This document shows, piece after piece, positions 14,153-29,119 of a stretch of DNA of 64,000 nt (the stretch's first letter is position 1; every line of letters begins with the position of its first letter). Origin of the DNA: Eledone cirrhosa (lineage: Eukaryota); NCBI GenBank assembly GCA_964016885.1, contig OZ024749.1, forward strand, positions 48,670,001 to 48,734,000, given 5' to 3'. The position numbers and the translations under genes are program-made. The notes beneath the pieces are model-generated. The model ran no database searches. It worked only from the letters and a program-made list of their open reading frames with translations, and was not told the origin of the DNA.

Positions 14153-17100
14153 AGTCAGCAATTATGTCTGTATATTTATATATATACATATAGGCTTATA
14201 TATTTATACGATTGGTTTCATATGTGCATTGCGCAGTTTATTTATTTAAGATTTAATACAAATACAGACGTCAAAAACATGAACGTGTGTACCGTATACA
14301 ATATTTTATCATTTCTACTACCTCTCAGGCAATATTATTTCTAAAATCATATTAGCATGATAGAAATGTCTGTATATATCTTCTCTTAAAAGCTCTTATC
14401 TTCACTTTTCATTTCTTTTCTTTCAATTGCTGCATATCATTTTCTGTCTTATGAATTTGTGTCTATTCATTTTCTAGATTATCCTTTTGACTGGAAGGTG
14501 TTACGCACTTCTCTAATTTGTTTTAAATTGTTCAGTAAAATAAACAAACAGTATAACCATGTGATTTCAATATATATCTAGTCTAAAAACCTCTCAAACA
14601 AATATTTTAATTTCAGTTCACTGATCACTTTCCGTAATTTATATTTTTTGCTGATTTTCATCCAATTGATATATAACCACAAGTATATCATTTACATAAT
14701 TATTTATTTCGTTCTTGACATAAATTAATAGCGCTTGGATTACATTATCTGCACACAATTACATTCACGAACAATCTGATGTAAAAATAATCACGTACAC
14801 TACGGCACAAACATATATGTATCTAAGTGTGTATGTATGCGTGTGTATGTATGACTGTATCATGCATACATAATTGCAAATGAGAGACGCCATACACATA
14901 TTATTTGATCTATCAATATTATAGATAGATATATTTATAGATAGATAGAAAGATAGATAAATGTGTGTGTATGTGTATATGTGTGTATATGTGAGTATGG
15001 GTCTGTGTATGTATGCATATGTATATGAGTGAGTATGTGTGTGTGTGTTTGTGTACATTTTAAATTGCAACCAATCTTTCGCTATATTACGGTCCATACG
15101 CTGGTTGTAAATAGGCTGATAAAGGGATGCTTCTCTCGAGAAGGTTTATATAATATGCATTAGTTTATTTTAACTTAAAGCCATGTTTACATCAAATCAG
15201 CGTTGAGAGCGCAAGGAAACTTAAGAATAACCACTGTCAGAAACTGCTTACCTATACTTATTTTTCTGCGCTAGATACAAAAGGCGTGTTGTATCTAAAG
15301 GCCGGATGCCTTTAGGTATATACAAACCTGTATAATGTTTATAGAAGTGAAGACAAATCGTGTTAATTAAGGTATCTGGGAAGCATAATTTTGCAACTTA
15401 AATCGTAAACTCATTTATATTATGTGATACTATAGGAGTGCAATTGAATATAGTTTTACAAATGCAACCGCAAAGTGTATCACTTCCGTGGCATTTTTGG
15501 GCAGTCTTAGTTTCTCATGGTAATATCTTAAAGGGGAGAATGTAGAAAATGCTAACACATTTGAAATTATTCATGTATTTGGGCATGCATGTGTTATCTA
15601 GACAACAACCTTATATTCACGTCGAACAGGACGGCAGTATGTGGTCTCTAGTATGTGCTCTAGTAATTGTAACCAAATATGTTTTTGTAAAACTATGCTC
15701 TACTATGTTAAAGAAGGAAATATATTTTAGATAATGTAACCATACAAAATTACAGAATGTTTTTTCTGTGTAAAATTTGTTATAACTTGCACTAAAAAAA
15801 ACAAAGGTTTAAATACGTAAATTCAGTAATAAATAATTCAATGAAAAATAGCAAGTGCTTAATGGACACGAAATGTAGTGCCACATCTGTACTGTGAATA
15901 TATTTTAACGAATACACTGCAAATATAGGAACAATGATTACTGTATATGTATACAGCATCTTGCGTATGTCTAGTTTGAAAGAAAATCATCAGTTATATT
16001 AAATTTCGGTAACTTATACATATCTAACGAAAGTTTGAATGTAAAAACAAAAATGTTCACATCTTTGAAATGTCTTCTATACGTAGGAAACTCTACATTA
16101 ATTACATAAAACATGTTTAAAATAATGGAATAAATTTCGCACGAATTTTATATAATTCTTGTCGTTCGGGATAATAGTCGACACAAATATACGGTAGTTA
16201 TATAAGATCCATACTTAATATGCTTCAAATGTAATTCTCCTAAGAGATGCTGACGAAATCACCTTTTGTACGTTAGAAAATTGACTCGTTTAGACGACAT
16301 CTAAATTTCATTTTGAATGACATAAAATAAAACAAATGCCTGTAATATAACAAAAATGTAAACGTTGTATAATTATTGTCTTTCAAGGATTAAACTATTT
16401 GTAGTCAGCAATTCCTGAAATAAAATTTCCTAAATTGTCTGCCATAAAATTCTCAGTTAACTTAAAATTATATTTTACAAATGTCATTTATAGCATTGAA
16501 ATATATTTTGTTTACAATTAAGTTATGCTGGAACAAAGCTTGTTAAATTTTGTACTCGTCCTTCATCATGCTGTAGCATTCCATTCGACTGAAGTAAAAA
16601 AAAAAGAAACAAAAGGCTGGAAGGAACTAGAAGTATAGGAACACAAGGAAGCTCATTAAGCGTATTTCGCTACCATTTCTCGTCTGTTTCTGTTTTATGC
16701 CTGAATTAATTCCAACAGTTACTGTAGATGTCTGACACAAGACAAATAGTCACCACGGACAATTCAAAGGTATTTCTTCTCAGCCAATCAACATTCTCTG
16801 GGGAGCAGCATTTGTCTACACTTCTGTTAGCAATCAGGCTAGCGTGTTCTTTACTTTCTACCATTTTGAACAATTTTCTTATTTTCTCCTACTTATTCCC
16901 CCATTCCTCAATGGTTTCATATATTAAAAAAAATCAAAGAACGTATTTCTACAGTTACATCTTGCCTCTTATTAACCTCCTATATAGCCATAGTTGTATG
17001 TTTCGTTGTTATTATGTTTCATGTCATATTATTTCACTCGTCTAACTCTCTAGCTAACCAAAGAAACCAAACAAAATATAAGAAAATAATACCGTCAGAA

Positions 17101-17443
17101 AAATGTTGGCATTCATATACTTTACGATAGTTTCAGCCCATGAATCTGACAACTTTTCTGCATAGTTACACAGAAGGAAATCAACAATTCTTTGGCTAAC
17201 AAACTGTAACACATTTATGCATAATTATTTAGGTATCTGAAAGTGAAGCTACAAACAAAAGTAGTCAAATATGCAAACATTGTTGGAATACTAAAATGTA
17301 ATACATACAAACAAGTATAGTACTACTATTTCTATCACTCACACATTCAAACATTATAGGTACATATGTATACTTACATACATAGATAGGTACTCACATA
17401 CACATACACACACGCACACACATACACATACACACACGCACAT

Positions 17444-17482
<39 letters not shown>

Positions 17483-17539
17483 CACGTGCGTGCGTCTGTG
17501 TCGTCGTATATATATGTACATATATATATATATATATAT

Positions 17540-17733
17540 AACGAAGGAGTTGTCGTAAGGAACCAGATGGACCTTAGCGCACCAGAGTACTCAATACTTA
17601 GGCTAGTAGAGTGTGTAATAGGAAAAAGTATGACCCCGACGGCAGAATTCAAGCCGTTTAGACGGCTATGTCAGTCCAGAAATAGCCGTTGAAGAGGCTT
17701 GAGCTCTGCCGTCGGGCTCATACATTTTCCTAT
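17540..17733. mobile_element. TA-embedded repeat with internal inverted repeat; inverted paralog at 2215-2356
   Basis: 17618-17656 is the reverse complement of 17696-17733; aaccagatggacc..gcaccag is shared with the reverse complement of 2310-2356. Confidence 0.75.
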
Positions 17734-17822
17734 ATATATATATATATAAGATAAGTTATTCCGGGTTCAATCGGGGTTAACCATAGCAAGTAAGGTACTC
17801 AATACATAGCAGAGTATAAATG

Positions 17823-17951
17823 TTTTAATATAGAAAAGTTCCGGCAGGACTAGAACTCTTTCATTCGTGAGAAATCAACAGGAAGCAGCTTCCTGGTGAC
17901 TTCTCACGAATGAAACAGTTCTAGTCCTGTAATAGCTTTTCTATATTAAAA
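17823..17951. repeat. ~64-bp-arm hairpin in a TA-flanked element
   Basis: ttttaatatagaaaag..caggactagaact..ggaagc A gcttcc..agttctagtcctg..cttttctatattaaaa. Confidence 0.85.
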
Positions 17952-17989
17952 AAAAAATATATATACAGGAGCTTCCAAAAGTAATGGTT

Positions 17990-18091
17990 GCATTTTTTGA
18001 TGAAAGAACACCATAATTTAACTTGGTGTCCTTGAAATATTTATAATGAAATAAATATGGTTTTATAAATATAGTTTCAATTTGTTATATC
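17990..18091 (+). mobile_element. Decayed copy of the 53.4-kb hammerhead/pLTR family
   Basis: TTGATGA-AAGAACACCA..TGGTGTCCTT-GAAA-TATTTATAATGAAATAAATATGGTTTTATAAATATAG matches 53375-53470. Confidence 0.65.
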
Positions 18092-18120
18092 GTATATATA
18101 TACACATATATATATATATA

Positions 18121-18521
18121 TCCTCTGGCTTCTCAACATTCTCTACCAGATATTTTGTTTTAGTCTCATTCATTCTCAGCCCCACACTCATCGATACAGT
18201 CTCAACCTCTTGCATCAAATTCTCTGCCTCCTTCAATTTATTTGTCACCAAAACTATGTCGTCGGCAATTTCAGCATCCGATATCTTTTTCACCTTAACT
18301 CTCCTGCTCTGAACCGGTGCTATAATAAAGCAAGCGTCCTGGTGTTTCTCCAGTGCAAGGCGCATACAAAAGTCCACTACGATGATAAAAGGGTAGGGAG
18401 CCAATGTATCTCCGTGGAGCACTCCAGCCAGTATCACAAAGAACTATGTCATCCCATCAGGTGTAATGACTTGGCCTTTGGTGTTGGTATAGTGCAGTGA
18501 TATCAGGTCCACTATCTTCTT
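18121..18521 (-). mobile_element. RTE-clade LINE RT fragment (inverted 5' part)
   Basis: Translates as KIVDLISLHYTNTKGQVITPDG..ILAGVLHGDTLAPYPFIIVVD..ADDIVL..GLRMNETKTKY. Confidence 0.88.
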
Positions 18522-19100
18522 GTAGGCGGGAAGCCGCTAGAATTGGTTGAGGACTTCCTGTATTTGCGAGCAAAGATTGGGAATATGGAAGATGATGTGT
18601 TTGAGAGGAAGAGCAAAGCCTGGGCTGCGTGCCACAGCTTGAGATCGGTGTGAAAGTCGGACCTTCGTAAAGACCTGAAAATCCGTCTCTTCATTGCTGT
18701 AGTGGAGTATGTACTGCTGTACCGGTCTGAGACTTGGATACTGACCAAGAAACTTACTCAGATGGTGGATGGGTGCTACACTGAACATTAATCAGTATAC
18801 ACTGAGAATGAAAAACTCAGAGCTGTATGGGAGCCTCCCAAAAGTCAGCTCAAAAGTGACACAGAGGGGACTGAGGTTAGCTGGACATGCTCACCGACAT
18901 CCAGAGTTGACATTACACTGAAGTGCTCCTGTGGGAGCCCCTACATGGACACACTGGAAGAGGCAGACCAAGGTTAACGTATATTGATGCCCTAAGGAAT
19001 GACAGTGGTATGTTGGAGACGCAGGACATGGCAGCGATAATGAGGGACAGAGACGCTGGAAAGAAATCGTCCATGGATCTCGGGAATTTTACCCGCCCTA
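18522..19100 (+). mobile_element. RTE-clade LINE 3' part (RT end, thumb, C-terminus)
   Basis: Translates as [73 protein letters not shown]. Confidence 0.88.
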
Positions 19101-19186
19101 GAATATATTGAAATATAGATATAGATATAGATATATATATATCGATATAGATATAGATATAGATATATAGAGAGAGAGAGAAAGAG

Positions 19187-19310
<124 letters not shown>

Positions 19311-19956
19311 CGAGCGAGAGAGAGGTGAGAAGGGGAGATAGATAGATATATATAATTACAAACACATATTTATATATCCCAGATTATATAGTTATTTTAG
19401 TGTGTTTGCTATATTTTCCGCGACACTTCCATCGCTTTCAAGTGCCTAATGCTGCATTTCATAATGTCAGGGGTGCATAAAATAAGTACTAACCTAGTGC
19501 ATGGGCTTCCCTTTAATCTTCTATCTTTCATAGCCTGAATGTTTTGATATGTCAAGGGAGGGAAGTTCAAGTGAGTGTATCTGCCCGCAAATGCTTGGGC
19601 ACCTAAACTACCTAGCCAGATAGTGGTACATTTGATTGTGGGCAGTAAGTATAGATATATGCATTTCAGTAAAAATAAATGACTATTAAAACCAAAACCA
19701 ACAAGGCATGGCGTAAATACCAAAACCGAGAAGCAAACAAATCTCATAAGCCCTTCCTTACTCTTTGATGACATCCTCCCTTATCTTTCTTATTCAGCTC
19801 CTCACCCTCCTTTCCCACCTACTATTTATTTTCACCTTCACTACACGCCTACTTCCTCTCTCTCTCTCTCTCTTCATCCACCACATTCAACCCACCCCCG
19901 TTAATCACCTCTTCGGACATTCCTGAAGAAGACATTTCTATGATACACACACACAA

Positions 19957-20394
<438 letters not shown>

Positions 20395-20976
20395 GGTGCG
20401 TATGTGTATTTGTGTGTGTATGTGTGTTTATATATATATGGACAATGAATGCGCTATTAAAGCATAAACATTATGACATTGATTAGATATTAAAATTGAT
20501 GCCAACATCATTTATTTAATGTCGATAGAAAATATTCCGCACACTACAAGTGAGATACCACTCTTGGTGGCGAAGGGAATAGCTGTATATATATCACAGA
20601 CACACACACACACACACACAAGCACGCCCATACACAGACACACGCACATACACACATACGTATATGTTTATATATATAGAGAGAGATAGAGAGAGAGAGA
20701 GATCTAAAGAGATAGACATGTGCGTGTTGGAGTGTGGGGGGTGATTTGGATGTTTGTAAAATAAACAAAAAAGAAAATACAACACTTTGAAACAATAGAG
20801 TGTAATGAAGATTTATGTTAGTGTAATGCTTGATAGAGTGGGAAATGTGTCTTAATATTTCAGATATTTGTGCTTCATCAGGAAATGTACTGATGCATAG
20901 AAGAAGTAGAAAGATAGACGAGAAATGTACATATAGGATGGAAATGCACAGTATGTGAATTTCCGGGAAGTGACGG

Positions 20977-21034
<58 letters not shown>

Positions 21035-21393
21035 CAACTAGAAATTGATTAACATATAAATAAACATATGAAACAATCACAGGGGATAGTTTTTACAAGT
21101 GTGCAAGTACACATAGCTAGGTAGGTAACTAAATAAAGCTAACAAGAACTTCAAAAATAGATACCTTATAATATGATTAATCATATTATAAGGTATCGAT
21201 TTTTGAAGTTGGTGTAAATGGTAGCACAGTGGTCCGGATATCTAAATAATTTCTTTAATTTCTTTAGTCAAAATACGGCGATAGCTTACATTTCTAATAA
21301 TTTCTAACCCACTCGGTATTTCGAAAATATGCTTACTTGATATATATATATATATTTATATATATATATACATAAACATACGCACACACACAC

Positions 21394-21463
<70 letters not shown>

Positions 21464-21465
21464 AA

Positions 21466-21521
<56 letters not shown>

Positions 21522-21534
21522 TTACACACACACA

Positions 21535-21586
<52 letters not shown>

Positions 21587-21615
21587 TGTGCGTGTGTGTG
21601 TATGTGTGTATGTGG

Positions 21616-21698
<83 letters not shown>

Positions 21699-22659
21699 GA
21701 TATGTGTATGTGTGTATAGATGTAAACGTATGTAAGTATCGTACCGAAAAAAAATCGGTGTTTGTCAAACGAAACTGCCGCCTGATATTTAGTTTACTAA
21801 ACAGGAATGAAATGCTAGGCTGAACATCCTGACAAAGTCAATTCTACCACCAATATACAAATTGACAGATGGAAAGTGTCCAATGTAATGTTTACAATCA
21901 TTCGGAACAGGGCCAACTTTTCGGTGGAACAGATAAATTTATTAACTTGTCATATTACTTTTTTTTTCTTTTTGTATGGTGTAGATTATCTTCTCACCCC
22001 TGAGCTCCGTCAAATCTGCATGCAAATCAGACACTACTTCTAAAGCCATCTAGACAACATTTTATTGCTCTTGTATATAAAAGTTTTCGAGTAAAAGTTT
22101 TGTCGTTAATAAATCTCCTTTACACATGCAACATAATTACAGGTATAATTATTTGCAGGTTCGTCTGCGCTGTTGTTTAAATGTCCGAGTTAACCCTTTT
22201 ATTGTATGAAATGTTATGCTGAAAGTAAGGACATTGTCACATTTGAAACATACGTGATGAATCCGATTCACTAACATCAGAGTGAATGTTTGAAACGGAT
22301 GATGGAGCGATCACACCGTGATACTGATATAACCACTAAACGGTGTTGGCCTATTAGTATAAAGGTTATCGTTAAACCACACGATAGAAAGACAGCTACA
22401 GGGAGTGTAGGAGAGCTTCAATGATTTAAGCTCCCCCATTTAATTAATAAGAGTCTAAATAACATTAGGTTGAACATTGAATGTTTGTCTGAATATGGTA
22501 AATTATTTCGTTTAGTGAAGTGCTATTTCCTTAGCATAATAAGGCAGGTACGAAAAGTGCTGGATATCTAAAACTACAGTTTCATATCTAACAATCCATA
22601 TAGCTGCAGAACCACAAGAAAATTAAATAATATTAATGAATTATGATTTGGGCACGATT

Positions 22660-22820
22660 AAATCGACCCTAGTGTGTTACTGGTACGTTATTTTATCCGC
22701 TTCGTAAGGATAAAATATAAAGTTAATCTCGGCGGGATGTGAAACCAGAAGGTATAAGGCCATAACTCTATGCTGCGAAGCATGATGTCCAATACTGCAC
22801 CGATACTGCCAATCCACCGC
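22660..22820 (-). mobile_element. SINE family A
   Basis: ccgatactgccaatccaccgc is the reverse complement of the head; central domain present. Confidence 0.8.
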
Positions 22821-23040
22821 TCTTACTGCCAATAATAATAATAATTATGTCATTGATTATAATAATATTACGAATCATCACAATGTATATTTTACTTGAG
22901 TTGAAATAAGATTAATGAGAGGAATGAGAAGACAGGAATGACGGAATAATGGATTATTATTAAGAGAATGAGAAGAATAAGAATTAGGTAGATGGAATAT
23001 AATGGACGACTGGAATATGATAAGGAGAAAATAGAGATAA

Positions 23041-23042
<2 letters not shown>

Positions 23043-23139
<97 letters not shown>

Positions 23140-23490
23140 CTTTGTGGTGGCGGTGGTGGTGGTATCGGTGGGGGCGGTGTTGGCGGTTGTGGTGGTGATG
23201 GTGGTGGCTGTGCTGGGGTGGTGGTGGCGGCTGTGATGCTTTTGATGGATGTCTTGGGATTGTGGTGATGGTGGTGTACTATTAATAGTAGTGATACTAG
23301 TATATGTTGCTGTTGTTGTTGCTACCGTTGTATTAGAAGAAGAAGAAGAAGAAGAAGAAGAAGAAGAAGAAGAAGAACTAAATCAACGGGGAAAAGCAAC
23401 AACAGCAAATAGAACAACAACTACAATAACAACAACTACAACAACAAGAAAGAAAACAACAACAACGAGAACAAGAACAAATAACGACGG
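23043..23490. repeat. Compound trinucleotide cluster (AGT)n-(GGT)n-(GAA)n-(CAA)n
   Basis: Directly visible in the sequence. Confidence 0.95.
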
Positions 23491-23884
23491 AATAGTATAA
23501 AAAAATTAAATAAATAAATATAAGAAAACAGTTAACAACAACAAAAAAAATGGTAAAAACTAGAAAACCAATCAAATAATCAAAATGAAATAATATCGAA
23601 AACAATATCGATGAAATTGAGTTATCTTAAAATTGGTGGCGGCGTTGGTTGTTACGTTGTTTTATGGCACACTTTTTTCTTCGTATATTGCATAATATTT
23701 ATGCCTTTATTTTTTGTATTCTCATATGTTTATGTCGATATATAAGCTTGTGTGTATTTGTGTATACGGTAAATATGTATGTGTATATAGTAATTTTGTT
23801 GTGGATAAAACTGTATGCGTGCGTTTGTATGTATGTATGTGCAGTGGTTTAATACGAGTTCGTGTATATTATTATATGTTTGAG

Positions 23885-24075
23885 GGCGGTGAATTGGCAG
23901 TATCGGTAGAGGGTTGGACGTTATCCTTTCTAGCATAGTTACGTCCCTTTATGGTCTGAGTTCAAATCCCGTCGAGGTTAACTTTACCTTTCATCCTTAC
24001 AGGGTGAATAAAATAAAGTACCAGTAATGTACTGGGTAATTGTTGGCCTTGTGCCTAAAGTAGAAACAATTATTA
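23885..24075 (+). mobile_element. tRNA-derived SINE family A (full copy)
   Basis: A box TGGCAGTATCGG, B box GAGTTCAAATCC, central cctttcatcc..ataaaataaagtaccag, and tail ggccttgtgcctaaagtagaaacaattatt. Confidence 0.9.
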
Positions 24076-24153
24076 TATGTTTGAGTCTAGATTGGTATAT
24101 ATATGTATATATATATATATGTATATACATATATATATATACTTACATATATC

Positions 24154-24206
<53 letters not shown>

Positions 24207-24759
24207 CTGTGTGCGTGTGTGTGTGTGTGTATGTGTCCGTATAAATGTTCACAGTGAAACATATGTGTGTGTAAATGAGTGGTCTCACGATCGTCCGTGT
24301 GGTTGCGTATGCCTATACATCTGAACGAAGACATATAATTCTACATATGTGTATAAACTATATGTGTTTGTGGGTGTGTGCATGTGTCAATCCTTATATG
24401 CGTGTATTAGTGTAGATTTGCGCAGGAAAGCATGTTCGTGTATGTGTTTATATGCCAATGTGTTTATAAGTATGTATGAGTTTGTTTCTTATAAATTTAT
24501 ATATGTAATATTCCGTGCGTGTTTAAATGTGTGAGAATTCTACAATAAAAACAAAATATGAGTTTTTACTGAATCTATTTTCATATATTTTTTATATTAC
24601 ATTATATTTTATTTATAATATTTTATTTCAACATCCTTTGTCTTGTTTCAATGCATAATTTTGCATTAATGATATAGCACCGTCTATTATATTTATTGTG
24701 CTGTGTTCTTATGAATATAGATTTCCTATATTGTCATGTGAAAAAAGTAATAATAAATA

Positions 24760-24788
24760 TACTACTACTACTACTACTACTACGATTG

Positions 24789-24853
<65 letters not shown>

Positions 24854-24875
24854 GCTACTACTACTACTACGATTG

Positions 24876-24925
<50 letters not shown>

Positions 24926-25008
24926 GCTGCTGCTACTGCTGCTACTACTACTACTACAACTACTATTACTACTACTACTACTACTAATATAACTACTGCT
25001 GCTGCTCT

Positions 25009-25052
<44 letters not shown>

Positions 25053-25061
25053 TTACGACTG

Positions 25062-25099
<38 letters not shown>

Positions 25100-25316
25100 A
25101 CTACTACTACTACTGCTGCTGCTATGGCTAATACTAGTACTACTACTACTGCTACTGCTACTACTACTACTAATACTACTACAACTAGTACTACTGCTGC
25201 TGCTATGGCTAATACTACTACTACGATTGATACTACTACTACTACTACTACTGCTGCTATTACTACTACTATAACTACTGATGCTATTACTACTACTATA
25301 ACTACTGATGCTGCTG

Positions 25317-25364
<48 letters not shown>

Positions 25365-25391
25365 TTACGACTGCTACTACAACTACATATG

Positions 25392-25430
<39 letters not shown>

Positions 25431-25598
25431 TTACGACTGCTACTACTACTACTACTACTACTACTGCTAATGCTACTACTAACACTACTACTACTGCTAC
25501 TACTACTACTACTACAACTACAACAACTACTACTACCACTACTAATGCTACTTCTACTACTACTCCTGCTGCTGCTGCTAATAATAATAATAATAATT

Positions 25599-25654
<56 letters not shown>

Positions 25655-25676
25655 CGTAGTAGTAGTAGTAGTAGTA
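24760..25676. repeat. Compound (ACT/GCT)n - (AAT)n - (AGT)n microsatellite
   Basis: Directly visible; produces the poly-Thr, poly-Leu and poly-Val ORFs. Confidence 0.95.
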
Positions 25677-26224
25677 AACCGATATTAAAATGATAATTTA
25701 AAAAAATATATCATGATAAATACAAAACGCTAACGAAAAATGATATTAATAAATACAATAATTGAGATGACGCTGGCGGTACCGACGATGATGGCGGTGA
25801 TGATAATAGTGATGATAACAATAATAATGATTATAATACTACTAATAACAATAATGTGTGCAACTTTTAATATCGAAGCTAGTTAAAAATAGAGACCGAT
25901 GCCAATAAAATCAATATTTAAGAGAGAATAGAATTTTTTTTTTGTTAAACTTATCAACACATCACTCTCAAACTGAACATATCTTTTGGCACAATCAACT
26001 AAAAATATATCTTACATACTTGCCACCATGAAATTTGGAAATTTTGTTTGAATTTCAATATGTATATTAGTTTTGTTTTTTTTCCCGCCATTCTATTTTA
26101 CACCCGGTCAGTCACTATCTCTACGCTCACCAATGCATTGGGCATAAACTTATATAATATATATGGAGACACACTCGTGTAAATCAATGTATTAGAAGCG
26201 CACCACAGATGCAGACGAACACAG

Positions 26225-26450
<226 letters not shown>

Positions 26451-26452
26451 GT

Positions 26453-26573
<121 letters not shown>

Positions 26574-27652
26574 CACACCCACACACACACGCACACATAC
26601 ACAGCCACACACACATATATATATATATATATAATGTGTGTGTATATGTACATATGTGTACATCTATATGGTTTCAAATTTGTCTTGTCATTACATTGTA
26701 TGTGTTTGGGTGCGGTGTAATTTGAAATGATTCAATAATTAATAACGATTGAATGCGACCAATTATATCCACACCTTTTCTGTCAGCCTAAAATATTAAT
26801 TTAGCTAACATTCTCAAAATAAATATATATTTTCCTTTTGTTTTGCTCTTTCATAGTCTCTTTTTTAGTCTTCTCTTTTCATTCAAGTGTTGTTTTCTGT
26901 AACTCTTCCCCCATTTCTTCATTTGATTCTCTGTTTATTTAGTTTTGACTCTATATTAGTTTGTCTGTCTGTTGGTAATTTATATGTACGGATGTATATA
27001 TGTGTTTATGTCGTATCTAAGTTGCATGTATTTGGATGTATGTACGCATATACTTGTGTCTGTGTGGCCTCTATGCGAGTATGCACGTATGTATGGACAG
27101 ATGTCTTATCCGATGATCATCTGAGTAGCAAGATGTAGCTCCAGTGTTATTACTAACTGATGAAGCATGCTAAAGTGGAGTTCAGCCTAGGTACTCAGAT
27201 GAACCTCAGATAAATCAGATAAGACATATAGTCTGTATGTTTGTGTGCGTATCAGTGTGTGTATGTGTATGGTCACCTGTAGTCGCCTGAATTACCAACA
27301 ACAAGAATATATAGGAAACTTGTAGAACTATATAAGAGAGGGTGTGTCGTACGATATATACATCCCATTCTGTAAATAAAAGTTGCAGCAGAATATCAAT
27401 TAGAATCCTTCTTCTATAAACTATGTAATATTCCTTATAAAATCTACAATATATAATTATCGTCAGACCTGATGAAGTAGCATAGAAATGAATGATATAT
27501 ATATTCTCCCATTATTAGATTTACTCGTTTCCTTGATGTAAACTGACTTCGAATAAATAGAAGATTTATAGGTGTATTGAGTACACGTTCTTCTAATTGT
27601 AACCGAGAAAGCTGAATGTCTGTTTATCTGTCTCCCTGTCTCTCTTTCTGCT

Positions 27653-27700
<48 letters not shown>

Positions 27701-27701
27701 A

Positions 27702-27789
<88 letters not shown>

Positions 27790-28348
27790 GAATGTGTGTG
27801 TGTGTATGTGTATGTGTATGCGTGTGTTTGTGTTTGTATTCACGCCTACAGCCATACAAAGACGTACATACCCAGACACGCGCAGGCATGCATGCATGCC
27901 CACATACATACATGCATAATGAACAAACCAGGAAATAACCAAATGAAGAAATACAAGATAGATGGATGTATGAAAGAATGAAACACGAAAGGTGTGAATG
28001 TTAATGTATACACATCTGTGTTTTATTTCTTACTGAAAGAATCATTAACACAATTTTTCCTTCCGACGAAGCAGCAATTGTTATTTAACTTTTTTTTTCC
28101 AACGTGTTAAGATTTGTTCAGCAGATTCTGATTTTAGAAAAAGAGTTGGCGGATAGTTAAATAGGAAGCGCATGATTTATCAAATCTTTTGTGGTGGACG
28201 GGGGGTTGTTTCTACATATGTTGGGTGTAAAAATATGTGTTACTGCAAGGGAATATAAAAGCGACACATCCACACATACTTCAATACATACTCCCAAACA
28301 AACACATACTCAGTACACAGATGCATATGCACTGACAAACACACTCAT

Positions 28349-28490
<142 letters not shown>

Positions 28491-29119
28491 ATACACATAT
28501 GCATACACATATGCAGATAATGAGAGTCAGCCTGAAAAAATTAGATGAGGAATATGTGTTAAGTTAAAAATAGAGAACGATAAGAAAAAAGATACACGAG
28601 CAAATCTTGGGAGATGATATATATATATCTAACATAAGCATAAATAATGTGAGGAAGCGTGATTAAGATTAAGATAAAGAGATTTAGGAAAAATGCGGAA
28701 TGTTCGCTAATTCTAATAAATGGTAGAATACATCAGTGGTAGAATATATAGAATTCAATGAACCGGTCTTAAATTTGAAATAATTTATTTTTTATTTAAC
28801 ATCACTAATTCTCGAGGTTGAGTGTTCTCACCGATCTACATACCTTGCATGAACATCCACACACCCAAACACACACAATTACATAAACCCTCTCACACAC
28901 TCATATTCTTTCTCCATCTTGGTCTCTCTCTCTTTCTCTTTCACTCTCTCTCACCCAATTATTTATTAAGACCTCTCTAATATATTAGTTAGTTAGCGTA
29001 TGTTCGTAGTTTTTCGGTCAAATCGTCACCCTTCACCAATTATTTTTATTATTCATTTGCACAGTGATGGTATTATTAGAACTAGATCATTTAATTGACA
29101 CCATATCACGTTATATAAA

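Noticed and set aside
20850-20885. Minus-strand CTGATGA..GAAA, and similar matches at ~27470 and ~19924
   Set aside because: Stems I-III cannot be formed convincingly, or the motif is truncated
23885-23975. tRNA gene (A and B boxes)
   Set aside because: No cloverleaf; it is the head of a multicopy SINE
24698-25693. Mucin-like CDS
   Set aside because: Pure trinucleotide repeat with no signal peptide, domain or splice support
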